From Candidatus Versatilivorator sp. (GTDB taxonomy: Bacteria; Acidobacteriota; Terriglobia; Versatilivoradales; Versatilivoraceae): a DNA stretch of 64,000 bases. The translations under genes and the position numbers were made by a program. The notes below the pieces were generated by a model, which did no database searches, was not told the DNA's origin, and was given only the letters and a program-made list of their open reading frames with translations. Positions 37,041 to 46,748 of the stretch are shown here, in pieces. Each line of letters starts with the position of its first letter. Within the stretch, counting starts at the first letter, position 1. The stretch is from contig OZ242296.1 in assembly GCA_965207735.1 (NCBI GenBank), positions 4,736,001 to 4,800,000 on the forward strand, in the 5' to 3' direction.

Positions 37041-37259
37041 CGGGAGATCTCCTCGGCAAGATACCGCTTCAATTCCCAGATTCAGACTACAGCCATGGGC
37101 CGGGTCTGCCAAAGATAATGGTGCCGGCTACAACTTTCTGGGAGCAATCCCGGCCAACTTGATATAGTGTGGGCCACTCAGTTGTCGCGGGCCAGGTTCT
37201 TGGCAATTGGCCGGGCTTGAAATCCGTCCCCGATCAGGGGGACTCCGGAGATCGCAATC

Positions 37260-39017
37260 ATGCCAAATGCACTCTTAGTTTACCCTGAATTTCCTCCGTC
37301 CTACTGGGGCGGCAAGTTCGCCCTGGAGTTTGTCGGGAAAAAGGCGGGCTTTCCCGCCTTGGGCCTGCTCACCATTGCCGGCATGTTCCCCTCCCGATAC
37401 GACCTCCGTGTGGTGGATCTGAACGTGACCACCATGAAGGACTCGGACCTGGAATGGGCCGACGTGGTGTTTACCTCCACCATGATCGTTCAACGCGATT
37501 CCCTGGACTCGGTGGTCGAGCAGTGCAACCGGGCCGGCGTTCCGGTGGTGGCCGGTGGGCCTCACCCCACTACCTATCACGAGGAAATCCAGGGAGTAGA
37601 CCACTTCCTGCTGGATGAAGTCGAGGAAATCCTTCCGCAATTTCTGCGGGACCTGGAGACCGGAACCGCCAAGGCCATCTACCGGGCGCCGGAGAAACCC
37701 GATGTGACGCGCACGCCGGTCCCTCGCTTCGACCTCGTCGACATGAAGGACTACTACTCGATGTGCCTGCAGTTCTCCCGGGGGTGCCCCTTCGACTGCG
37801 AGTTCTGCGACATCACCAAGCTCTTCGGCCGCGTGCCGCGGACCAAGACGCCGCAACAGATGTTGGGTGAATTGGACTCCATCTATGAGCTGGGTTGGCG
37901 AGGCAACGTCTTCCTGGTGGACGACAACTTCATCGGCAACAAGCGGGAGGCGCTGGAACTCCTGCCCGTGGTGGCCGAGTGGCAGAGGGACCACCGCTAT
38001 CCCTTCGCCCTCTTCACCGAGGCCAGTGTCAACCTGTCCCGAAACGACGAATTGATGGAGGCCATGATCGAGGCCGGTTTCGATTGGGTGTTTCTGGGGA
38101 TCGAGACTCCCAATCCCGAGGCTCTGATCAAGACCAAGAAGGCTCAGAACACCAGCAAGAAGAAAGAGGAAAATTACCTACTGAGCGCCGTTCGCACGAT
38201 TCAGCAGAAAGGGATGGAGGTCAGCGGTGGATTCATCCTGGGCCTGGACGGCGACGACGAAGGGGTGTTCGACGCCCAGATCGACTTCATACAGGAAGCC
38301 GGCATTCCCATGGCCATGGTGGGGCTGTTGACGGCTCTGAAGGGCACCGACCTTTACGACCGTCTCAAGAGGGAAGACCGGTTGCTGGAGGAGACCACCG
38401 GGACCAGCGTCAACGTGGTCCTCAACTACAAGCCCGAGATGGAGGCCCAGACCTTGATCGAGGGATATCGACGGGTGCTGACCACCATCTACGACCCGAC
38501 TCTGGAGAACTACTTCAGACGCTGTCTGAACATGATGGAGCATGTCAAGCCCAGCCCCTACGTTTCCAAGCCGGTGGGCATGAACGAGGTGCGGGCCATT
38601 GGCAAGTCGTTGCGCCGGCAGCTCTTCTCCCGGCAGGGTCCTGCTTACCTCAAGTTCATTGCCAAGGTGGCCAGGGACCATCCCCGCATGCTCACCAAGG
38701 CATTCCATCTGGCCGTCATGGGATACCACTTCGAGAAGGTCACCAGCCAGCAGATCGCCATCCACGACTTCAAGGAGTTCCTGGCGGCCGAGCTGGAATC
38801 GTTCGAAGCAGCGGTTTCGCACTCGATGCGTGCCGGAGCCCGGGAAGTGGACGAACTCAGGGGCCAGATGCAGGAGCTGTTCTCGCGAGTCCATGCCCGC
38901 TACGAGTCCATGCACGACGACATTCGCTATGGCGTCGAGGATGCCCTGGAGTCCTTCCGTTCGGCCGTGAACGCCCGGGTGGACCAGTTTGCGCGTCCGG
39001 CAGTCGCCGGGGCCTAG
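37260..39017 (+). CDS. B12-binding radical SAM protein (DUF4070-type C-terminus)
   Basis: LGLLTIA, GGPHPT, SRGCPFDCEFC (CxxxCxxC), VDDNFIG, GFILGLDGD. Confidence 0.92.
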   Translation: MPNALLVYPEFPPSYWGGKFALEFVGKKAGFPALGLLTIAGMFPSRYDLRVVDLNVTTMKDSDLEWADVVFTSTMIVQRDSLDSVVEQCNRAGVPVVAGGPHPTTYHEEIQGVDHFLLDEVEEILPQFLRDLETGTAKAIYRAPEKPDVTRTPVPRFDLVDMKDYYSMCLQFSRGCPFDCEFCDITKLFGRVPRTKTPQQMLGELDSIYELGWRGNVFLVDDNFIGNKREALELLPVVAEWQRDHRYPFALFTEASVNLSRNDELMEAMIEAGFDWVFLGIETPNPEALIKTKKAQNTSKKKEENYLLSAVRTIQQKGMEVSGGFILGLDGDDEGVFDAQIDFIQEAGIPMAMVGLLTALKGTDLYDRLKREDRLLEETTGTSVNVVLNYKPEMEAQTLIEGYRRVLTTIYDPTLENYFRRCLNMMEHVKPSPYVSKPVGMNEVRAIGKSLRRQLFSRQGPAYLKFIAKVARDHPRMLTKAFHLAVMGYHFEKVTSQQIAIHDFKEFLAAELESFEAAVSHSMRAGAREVDELRGQMQELFSRVHARYESMHDDIRYGVEDALESFRSAVNARVDQFARPAVAGA

Positions 39018-39065
39018 CCAAGCTGAAACAAGGCGCCAAGGCAGCAGGACCGCAACCCGCTTCCA

Positions 39066-39245
39066 CCCCCCACCGCATCAGTCTTCGCCTGCCCGCTCGA
39101 CCTCTGCGACTCCCTCTCGGCGCACAAGCCCTCGCCTGAGGACTCGCCTTGTGCGAACCCCCCACCGCATCGGCCTTCGCCTGCGGCTCGACCTCTCGCC
39201 GACTCCCCCTCAAGGGGGGAGTGATACTTGAGTTTTTGAAGGAGG
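39066..39245 (-). repeat. Family A mosaic
   Basis: ctcgccttgtgcgaaccccccaccgcatc shared with 16564-16592; core at 39201-39230. Confidence 0.88.
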
Positions 39246-39275
39246 TATGGTGGAGTGGCGGGGGGGTAGAGTTCC

Positions 39276-40460
39276 ATGAAAGTGAAGGTCGATGAGCTGC
39301 AGGCCTGTCTGCTGAGTTCGCCGCTGCCCCAACCGCTCCGGCGACCGGTTCAGGGAGGCCAGGTCACCATCTACAAGCGCGATTGCCTGCTGGTCCGCGC
39401 CCGCACCAACCAGGGGCAGGTGGGTTTTGGGGTCGGCACTCCCTCTCCCAACGTGGCTCAGTTGATCAATCGAAACCTGCGTGCGGCCGTGGTGGGCCTC
39501 AACCCCGGAAACCTGGCCGGCCTGCGGAGGAAAGTGTTCCACCGCCGGCCGAGGTACCCGGGCCTGGTGCAGGCCTTTGCCGCCGTGGAAATGGCCTTGC
39601 TGGACCTTCAGGGACAGATCGCGAAGTGCTCCCTGTCGGAGTTGCTGGGTGGACGGGCAAGACGCAGAGTCCGAATCTACGCCAGCGGAGGCGTCTACCT
39701 CGATGGCGAGGAGAGTGTCCGGGAGGCCGGTTTTTGGGCCGGTTCGGGGTTCTCGGCCTGCAAGCTGGAATTGGGGCTGTCGCCCCGGCAAGACATGCAG
39801 ACCGTCCGCAAGCTGCGCGATGCCTTTCCTGCGCCCTGGGCGATCATGGTGGACGCCAGGGCCTGGCGCGGGGGGCACTACGGGTTGGAGGAGATCGGGC
39901 GGCTGCTGCGGGACATGGCTTCCAGCCGACTCGAATGGGTTGAAGAACCGGTGGCTCCGCAGGACATTGGGACACTTCGGCAGTTGAACAAGGATTGTCC
40001 GGTTCCGATCTCGGGAGGGGGTGGCGTGTCTTCTCTGGAAGGCTGGCTCGACCTGGCCCGAAGAGGATCGCAGGATGTCCTGCAGTTGGATGTGCTTCAT
40101 CTTGGGGGACTGGTCGACGGTCACCAGGCCTTGCGGGAGGTGCAACCGCTTGGCCGCCGGGTGGCCATGGGAAGGCTTTCGACTCCACTGGAAGCAGCAG
40201 CCCTGGTCCAGTTGGCCAGTTGTTTCGAGGTGGACCTGGTGGGTTGGATGGAATGGGCGCAATTCTCCGGCGACGGCAGGTCCGGCACCTATCCCTTTCG
40301 GCTGGCGGAGCAGATGCTGCACACTCCCCTGCGGGTCGATCAGGGGGAGCTTGTCGTTCCTGACGCTCCGGGGCTGGGCGTCAACGTCAATGAGGCTGTG
40401 ATCCGTCGATTCCCTTATCGCAGCGGGCCCTGCTCGAGTTTTCAGCCGACCGGCACGTGA
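39276..40460 (+). CDS. Mandelate racemase/enolase-superfamily protein, apparently degenerate active site
   Basis: AVEMALLDLQGQ...ELLGG, YASGG, MVDA, WVEEP, VPDAPGLGV. Confidence 0.85.
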   Translation: MKVKVDELQACLLSSPLPQPLRRPVQGGQVTIYKRDCLLVRARTNQGQVGFGVGTPSPNVAQLINRNLRAAVVGLNPGNLAGLRRKVFHRRPRYPGLVQAFAAVEMALLDLQGQIAKCSLSELLGGRARRRVRIYASGGVYLDGEESVREAGFWAGSGFSACKLELGLSPRQDMQTVRKLRDAFPAPWAIMVDARAWRGGHYGLEEIGRLLRDMASSRLEWVEEPVAPQDIGTLRQLNKDCPVPISGGGGVSSLEGWLDLARRGSQDVLQLDVLHLGGLVDGHQALREVQPLGRRVAMGRLSTPLEAAALVQLASCFEVDLVGWMEWAQFSGDGRSGTYPFRLAEQMLHTPLRVDQGELVVPDAPGLGVNVNEAVIRRFPYRSGPCSSFQPTGT

Positions 40461-40573
40461 GTCGTCGCCGCCTCCGCCACCCCCGGCGGGGCGAAAAGGG
40501 TTGGATTGGGGTTCCTTTCTCCTTATAATCCAGTCGCAAACCGGGAAGGATCTCAAAGAGGCAGAGGCCGCTG

Positions 40574-41017
40574 ATGAAAGTAACCATTCTGACCGTTTAT
40601 TCCAGTGCCGGCGTGATCAAGGATCTGGAGAAGTTGATTCTGGAGATGACCGAGGAGGAACCGGACATCTATACGGACCTCAATATGGATAACGAAGAAG
40701 GCACGTTCACGGCCGAGTGGTTTCATCCCGATCTGGGAGAGAAGAACCTGGACTACCGGGAGAAGCTCTATTGGAAGATTCGCGAATTTCTGCCGGAATC
40801 GCATCTGGCCATTATCGAGGACGAAGAGAGCGAAGAGATCATGACGGTCGGGGACCTGAATTTCTTCAAGAACGTCATCAAGCGCGCCAGGGACCTGGAG
40901 GAACTCGAAGAGATCCAGGAGCGGATCGAACAGACTGAAATCGGCAATCCTCTTCTCCAGATCATCCTGAACAAGTCCTACCAGACCAAGGTCAAGTCTC
41001 TGCAGCCTTCTACCTGA
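40574..41017 (+). CDS. Acidic hypothetical protein
   Basis: 147 aa with gene-like codon bias, GAGG RBS; no family recognised. Confidence 0.75.
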   Translation: MKVTILTVYSSAGVIKDLEKLILEMTEEEPDIYTDLNMDNEEGTFTAEWFHPDLGEKNLDYREKLYWKIREFLPESHLAIIEDEESEEIMTVGDLNFFKNVIKRARDLEELEEIQERIEQTEIGNPLLQIILNKSYQTKVKSLQPST

Positions 41018-41078
41018 CCATCCCTTTGCGATTGTTTGCGCCTCTCCCCGTTCCGGCCAGCTCGCCGGCCTTTAGACG

Positions 41079-41106
41079 TTGACATCCCATTGGCCCCGGC
41101 TATAAT
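41079..41106 (+). promoter_or_regulatory. Consensus sigma70 promoter of the yceD-rpmF-fab operon
   Basis: TTGACA-16 bp-TATAAT. Confidence 0.8.
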
Positions 41107-41181
41107 GAAGCGCTTTGGTTTTGAGGTACTTAACCCTCATTTCTCACCAGGCGCCAAGAGGGCCGGCTTGGCGCGAAGCTC

Positions 41182-41709
41182 ATGAATCCGTTGCGGATCG
41201 ACACCAGGGAATTGGAGCGGGGGCCGCGCTCTGTGAAGGCCAGCCTGACCGACCGCCAGTTGAATCTGGATGAAGGGCAGGTTCGCGTCTCCGGCAAGGT
41301 GGCGGTTCATTTGACGGCCGAAAGACAGGCTCAAGGCGGCGTGAGGGTTTGGGGCGAACTGGGTGTTGAAATGGAGTTGACCTGCGCCCGCTGTCTGGAG
41401 GCGCTGTCCCGTCCTTTGACAGCCCATTTCAACCAGTACTATCAATCCAACGCTCACCACTCGCTGACCGGGGAGATCGCTCTCCAGAAGAAGGATCTGG
41501 AAGTGGGGTTTTTCACCGGGGACTTTATCGATGTGAGCGACATCGTTCGCGAGCAGATCTTCTTGAGCTTGCCCATGAAACCGCTTTGTCGGGAGGACTG
41601 TCGGGGCCTGTGTCCGGCCTGTGGACGGAACAGAAACCGCGACGGTTGCCGTTGCGGCCCGGCGGTCAGCGACCCTCGTTTGGCCCCGCTGCTGAAATTC
41701 AGGAATTGA
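41182..41709 (+). CDS. yceD: DUF177/YceD-family protein
   Basis: CARCL, PMKPLCREDCRGLCPACG, DPRLAPL; upstream of rpmF. Confidence 0.92.
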   Translation: MNPLRIDTRELERGPRSVKASLTDRQLNLDEGQVRVSGKVAVHLTAERQAQGGVRVWGELGVEMELTCARCLEALSRPLTAHFNQYYQSNAHHSLTGEIALQKKDLEVGFFTGDFIDVSDIVREQIFLSLPMKPLCREDCRGLCPACGRNRNRDGCRCGPAVSDPRLAPLLKFRN

Positions 41710-41736
41710 GGGTCCATTCGATCCGGGGGAACCGAA

Positions 41737-41919
41737 ATGCCGAATCCGAAACGACGTCACTCCAAATCCCGCCGCAACAAGAGACGGTCTCACGATTTCC
41801 TGACCGCGCGCTCCACCTCGGAGTGTCCCAATTGCCACGAGACCAAGCTGCCCCATCGGGTCTGTCCGCACTGCGGATATTACCGCGGGCGAGAGGTGAT
41901 TGAAGTGGGTGAGAAGTAG
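41737..41919 (+). CDS. rpmF: 50S ribosomal protein L32 (zinc-binding)
   Basis: [19 protein letters not shown]...CPNC...[11 protein letters not shown]. Confidence 0.97.
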   Translation: MPNPKRRHSKSRRNKRRSHDFLTARSTSECPNCHETKLPHRVCPHCGYYRGREVIEVGEK

Positions 41920-42048
41920 TCCCCGGAGGCTCCGGGGGCGGCCGATCCCAAGATCCGTTGGATCCGCCGGCCGGCCGCTCCCCCGGTGCCGTGCCCGGCG
42001 CTCATAGGCAATCACCGGTCCCCGTGGCCCCCGCCCGGATCGGCTCCA

Positions 42049-42993
42049 ATGAACCACCCCACCGCCTTTATTTTTCCCGGACAGGCTTCGCAGTACCCGG
42101 GGATGGGCCGGGAATTGACCGAAGCCTTTCCGGAAGCCAAGGCCGTCCTGGCGGAAGCCGACCGGGCACTGGGCTTCTCCATCGGACGGCTGTGCTTTGA
42201 AGGCAAGCCCGAAGAGCTGCAACTCACCGAGATCGCCCAGCCTGCCATCCTGACGGCTTCAATGGCGGCTCATGCCGTATTGTCGGCTAGGGGCGTTCAC
42301 CCCCAATTCGTGGCCGGCCACAGCCTGGGGGAGTACAGCGCCATCGTAGCTGCCGGCGGCCTGTCTCTGGCCGACGCCGTCGGCACGGTCAGGAAGCGCG
42401 GCCAGTACATGCAGGAGGCCGTCCCCGTGGGTCAGGGTGCGATGGCCGCTCTCTTGGGGATGCCTCTGGAATCGGTGGAATCTCTTTGCAGGGAAGCGGC
42501 TCAGGGTGAGGTGCTGGAGCCGGCCAACCTCAACTCTCCGGTTCAGATCGTGATTGCCGGCGCCGTCGAGGCGGTTGGTCGAGCCGTCCAGCTTGCGCCT
42601 CAACGGGGAGCCAGGCGGGCCATTCCCCTGCCGGTCAGCGCTCCCTTCCATTGCGCCTTGATGCAACCGGCCCGTGACCGCCTGGAGAAGGACCTGGGTC
42701 AACTCCAATTTCGGGATCTTCAGTGTCCCCTGGTGAACAACGCCGAGGGCGCTGCGATCCATCGGGGAAGCGAGGTGGCCGGGGCCCTAGTGCGGCAGGT
42801 GTGCGCTCCGGTTCGCTGGAGTGAGACCATTCAGTTCCTGAGGGATCGAGGCGTGCGCAGATTCGTCGAGGTAGGGCCGGGCCGGGTGTTGTCGGGGCTG
42901 GTCCGGCAAACCGACCGCTCGCTGGAGGTTCTCAACGTGGAAGACGTCCGGAGCCTTGACAAGACCCTGGCTGCCATGGGAGTTGCGGGATGA
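42049..42993 (+). CDS. fabD: Malonyl-CoA:ACP transacylase
   Basis: FPGQ, GHSLGEY, VSAPFH, FVEVGPG. Confidence 0.96.
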   Translation: MNHPTAFIFPGQASQYPGMGRELTEAFPEAKAVLAEADRALGFSIGRLCFEGKPEELQLTEIAQPAILTASMAAHAVLSARGVHPQFVAGHSLGEYSAIVAAGGLSLADAVGTVRKRGQYMQEAVPVGQGAMAALLGMPLESVESLCREAAQGEVLEPANLNSPVQIVIAGAVEAVGRAVQLAPQRGARRAIPLPVSAPFHCALMQPARDRLEKDLGQLQFRDLQCPLVNNAEGAAIHRGSEVAGALVRQVCAPVRWSETIQFLRDRGVRRFVEVGPGRVLSGLVRQTDRSLEVLNVEDVRSLDKTLAAMGVAG

Positions 42994-43005
42994 AGAGGGA
43001 GATCG

Positions 43006-43746
43006 ATGTCGCTTCAAGGTAAGGTTGCCTTTGTCACTGGTGGATCGCGGGGCATCGGGAGGGCCTGCGCCCTGGTTCTGGCCGACGCCGGCGCCGATGT
43101 GGCCGTGGGTGGAAGGGATGAGGCCCGGCTGAGCGCGGTGGCTGCCGAGATCGAAGGGCTGGGGCGAAAAGCCCTGCCGGTTTCGGTGGACCTGACCCAA
43201 TCGGCTCAGATCAGGACGGCTTTTGAGCAGGTCATGAATGCCTTCGGCCGACTGGATATCCTGGTGAACAACGCCGGGGTCACCCGGGATGGACTGCTGC
43301 TGCGGATGAAGCAGCAAGACTGGTCGGAAGTGCTGCAGACCAATCTGACCGCCACCTTTCTGTGCACCCAGGCCGCGGTCAAGATCATGCTGAGACAGCG
43401 ATACGGTCGAATCGTGAACCTTTCTTCGGTGGTGGGTTTGACGGGCAACGCCGGTCAGGCCAACTATGTGGCCTCGAAGGCGGGGGTCATCGGCTTGACC
43501 AAGACGGTGGCTCAGGAGGTGGCCAGGCGGAACATCACCGTCAACGCGGTGGCCCCCGGCTTTGTGGACACCGCCATGACCCAGGCGCTACCCGAGGCTG
43601 CCAGAGCCAAGCTGCTCGAGCGGATTCCAATGGGCCGGGTTGGACTGGATCGGGAAATCGCCTTGGGCGTCAGGTTCCTGGCCTCGGATGAAGCCGGCTA
43701 TGTGACCGGCCAGGTGCTGCACATCAATGGAGGGCTTTATATGTGA
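43006..43746 (+). CDS. fabG: 3-oxoacyl-ACP reductase
   Basis: TGGSRGIG, NNAGVTRD, GNAGQANYVASK. Confidence 0.96.
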   Translation: MSLQGKVAFVTGGSRGIGRACALVLADAGADVAVGGRDEARLSAVAAEIEGLGRKALPVSVDLTQSAQIRTAFEQVMNAFGRLDILVNNAGVTRDGLLLRMKQQDWSEVLQTNLTATFLCTQAAVKIMLRQRYGRIVNLSSVVGLTGNAGQANYVASKAGVIGLTKTVAQEVARRNITVNAVAPGFVDTAMTQALPEAARAKLLERIPMGRVGLDREIALGVRFLASDEAGYVTGQVLHINGGLYM

Positions 43747-43983
43747 GGTCCCGGTTTCGGGGTCTCTGGCAAGTCGGTTCCGGGGGCATGGCGCCCCCAA
43801 CGGTTCGCTTGCCTTTTTCGAACGCTGATGGCAACATGAGCCTTTTTTGCGGCGGGGCCGAAAGTGGCGGCGCCTTTCTGCCGACAGGGCCTTGCAGTCT
43901 CCGAGCCGGCAATAACGCAGCGGGTTTGGGCGTCATTTGGCAGACAAAGTTTCAATTCGATTTCAATCGAGGAGGATATGGGG

Positions 43984-44229
43984 ATGGCAGATTCGGGCGT
44001 GGACGACAAGGTTAAACAGATCATCGTGGAACAACTGGGGGTGGACGAATCGGAAGTGACCTCTACGGCTTCCTTTGTGGACGACTTGGGCGCGGATTCC
44101 CTCGATACGGTGGAGCTGGTCATGGCTTTCGAGGAGGGTTTCGGAATCGAGATTCCCGACGAGGATGCAGAGAAGATCCAGACGGTCAAGGACGCGATTG
44201 CCTACGTGGAGACCCACGCCAAGGGATAG
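43984..44229 (+). CDS. acpP: Acyl carrier protein
   Basis: [14 protein letters not shown]; GGAGGA RBS. Confidence 0.97.
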   Translation: MADSGVDDKVKQIIVEQLGVDESEVTSTASFVDDLGADSLDTVELVMAFEEGFGIEIPDEDAEKIQTVKDAIAYVETHAKG

Positions 44230-44329
44230 TGTCCTGTAGCTTGGCTGCAACGCTGCTGGACGACCGGACGCATTGGCTGGTTGAGGGAACGTGACCAGGC
44301 GGCCGGTTCGGTAGCGGGAGGACGGGGCA

Positions 44330-45571
44330 TTGAAACGAAGAGTGGCAGTTACCGGTATCGGCGTGGTATCTGCGCTGGCCATCGGAACCCGGGAAAACTG
44401 GGACGCTCTGGTCGCGGGAGAAGGCGGTATCAAGCCCATCACACGCTTCGATACGGAGGCCTTTGCCGTCAAATTCGCTGGAGAGGTCAAAGGATTCGAT
44501 CCGCTTGACTGGATTCCCAAAAAGGATGTCAAGAAAATGGATCCTTTCATCCAGTACGCGGTGGCGGCCTCCGACTTTGCCATGGAGTCGTCGGGACTGA
44601 AGGTAACGCCGGAGCTGGCGCCCCGATTCGGAGTCCATGTCGGATCGGGGATCGGAGGCTTCTCCACCATCGAGCGCGAACACAGCGCGCTGCTGCGAGG
44701 CGGTCCCAAGCGGATCTCTCCTTTTTTCATCCCCTCGTCCATTATCAATCTGGCGGCCGGGCAGCTCTCCATTCGGTTCGGGGCCAAGGGTCCGAACACG
44801 GCCACCTGCACCGCCTGCTCCTCGGGGTCCCATGCCATTGGCGACTCGTTCAGGATCATTGCCAGAGGGGAAGCCGACGCCATGCTCTGCGGCGGGTCGG
44901 AAGCCGCCATTACTCCCATGAGCGTGGGTGGATTTGCTTCCATGCGGGCATTGTCCACCCGGAACGAAGAACCTGAGAAGGCCTGTCGTCCTTTCGACCG
45001 CGACCGGGACGGTTTCGTGATCGGAGAAGGCTCGGGAATCCTGGTTCTGGAAGAGATGCAGCGGGCCGAGCGCCGCGGCGCTACCATCTATGCCGAGATC
45101 GTGGGTTACGGCATGTCCGGGGATGCCTACCACATCACCCAGCCCTCGGGAGACGGCCAAGGGGCCTGCCAGGTCATGAGCAACGCGGTGCAGGATGCCG
45201 GAATTCGGCCGGAACAGGTCGACTACATCAATGCTCACGGCACCTCCACACCCTTCAATGACCGGCTGGAGACCAAGGCCATAAAGCTCGCCTTCGGCCG
45301 GCACGCCTACCGGATGCTGGTGAGTTCCACCAAGTCCATGACCGGTCACCTGCTGGGGGCGGCCGGCGGCCTGGAGGGGGCGATTTCGGTTTTGGCTCTC
45401 CACCATCAAACGGTTCCTCCGACCATCAACTACGAGTACCCCGACCCCGAGTGCGACCTGGACTATGTGCCCAACCAGGCGCGGAAGCAGCCGCTGGAGT
45501 ATGCGCTTTCCAACTCCTTCGGCTTCGGGGGCACCAACGCCACCCTCTTGTTCCGCCGCTATCAGGGATAG
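44330..45571 (+). CDS. fabF: Beta-ketoacyl-ACP synthase II
   Basis: TACSSG, NAHGTST, KSMTGHLLGAAG, SNSFGFGGTN. Confidence 0.97.
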   Translation: MKRRVAVTGIGVVSALAIGTRENWDALVAGEGGIKPITRFDTEAFAVKFAGEVKGFDPLDWIPKKDVKKMDPFIQYAVAASDFAMESSGLKVTPELAPRFGVHVGSGIGGFSTIEREHSALLRGGPKRISPFFIPSSIINLAAGQLSIRFGAKGPNTATCTACSSGSHAIGDSFRIIARGEADAMLCGGSEAAITPMSVGGFASMRALSTRNEEPEKACRPFDRDRDGFVIGEGSGILVLEEMQRAERRGATIYAEIVGYGMSGDAYHITQPSGDGQGACQVMSNAVQDAGIRPEQVDYINAHGTSTPFNDRLETKAIKLAFGRHAYRMLVSSTKSMTGHLLGAAGGLEGAISVLALHHQTVPPTINYEYPDPECDLDYVPNQARKQPLEYALSNSFGFGGTNATLLFRRYQG

Positions 45572-45775
45572 CCCGCGGCACGCCGGGGCCTGACAACCCG
45601 GCTTCCACCCCTCCATCACATCAGCCTTGGCCTTTCGGCATTTCTCACCAGAGGATCGGGCATTGGCTGGAAGAGTGTTTTTCGTCAGCGTCTTGCAGCG
45701 ATTCTTGGGTAGCTTCAACATACAGACTGTGCTGAGCGTGCCCCGACTTATCTGAGCTCGAACACTATGGAAGGT

Positions 45776-46500
45776 TGCTGGCGCCGCCTGCGCGGCTCTG
45801 AGGGAGGCCGGCTCAAGATGCGTTTGTGCAGGTGAGAAAGGCCATTGCGTTGCCCTGCGCCTCACGTGGGCTCACCGGCATTTGCTGCCGCCGCTTCGCG
45901 GCTCGACTCCCGTACGTTACGTTTCCGATGCACGTTTCCCATGGGCTGACGCCCACGGCTACCTGCTGGCGCCGCCTACGCGGCTCTGAGGGAGGCCGGC
46001 TCAAGATGCGTTTGTGCAGGTGAGAAGGGCCATTGCGTTGCCCTGCGCCTCACGTGGGCTCACCGGTGTTTGCTGGCGCCGCCTACGCGGCTCGACTCCC
46101 GTACGTTACGTTTCCGATGCACGTTTCCCATGGGCTGACGCCCACGGCTACCTGCTGGCGCCGCCTACGCGGCTCTGAGGGAGGCCGGCTCAAGATGCGT
46201 TTGTGCAGGTGAGAAGGGCCATTGCGTTGCCCTGCGCTTCACGTGGGCTCACCGGTGTTTGCTGGCGCCGCCTACGCGGCTCGACTCCCGTACGTTACGT
46301 TTCCGATGCACGTTTCCCATGGGCTGACGCCCACGGCTACCTGCTGGCGCCGCCTACGCGGCTCTGAGGGAGGCCGGCTCAAGATGCGTTTGTGCAGGTG
46401 AGAAAGGCCATTGCGTTGCCCTGCGCCTCAAGTGGGCTCACCGGCATTTGCTGCCGCCGCTTCGCGGCTTACTGGAAGCCCCAGGCTGCTGCCCGGGGAT
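45776..46500 (+). repeat. 188-189 bp tandem array (about 3.7 copies) of family B REP-like hairpins (BIME-like)
   Basis: caagatgcgtttg at 45814, 46002, 46191, 46380; each unit has two gccgc-ctac/ttc-gcggc hairpins. Confidence 0.93.
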
Positions 46501-46547
46501 TTTCGGTTACAAACCCTTTCCCCCGGCAGTGTCCTGGTTTACGGGAG

Positions 46548-46655
46548 AGCGGCGAAGCCGCGTCAGCAGGTAGCCGTGGGCGTCAGCCCATGGAAAGGGT
46601 TGGTGCCAGGGTTGAGCCGCGAAGGCGGCGGCAGCAGGTTGCCGTAGGTGTGACC
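46548..46655 (-). repeat. Inverted family B copies facing the array
   Basis: cagcaggtagccgtgggcgtcagcccatgg and agccgcgaaggcggcggcagcagg are reverse complements of array motifs. Confidence 0.85.
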
Positions 46656-46748
46656 CGGCCACAAGCTCATGGGTTGCGGCCCGCGGGAGTTCATTTCAGG
46701 CGTGATACACTCGGACTGGAGACTCTTGGTTCGGGTGGAGCGACAGCG

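Noticed and set aside
43747-43983. Structured RNA between fabG and acpP
   Set aside because: Only weak GC-rich hairpins; more simply an internal acpP promoter region
45572-45775. Transposase remnant next to the REP-like array
   Set aside because: The frames I translated showed no HUH or DDE-like motifs
45776-46500. Possible CRISPR array
   Set aside because: Linkers are repeated rather than unique, the unit is 188-189 bp, and no cas genes are in the window
46392-46748. N-terminal extension of UvrB in the ORF track (likewise 12750-12995 for the opine dehydrogenase)
   Set aside because: The extensions are translations of intergenic repeats; family similarity begins at the shorter starts
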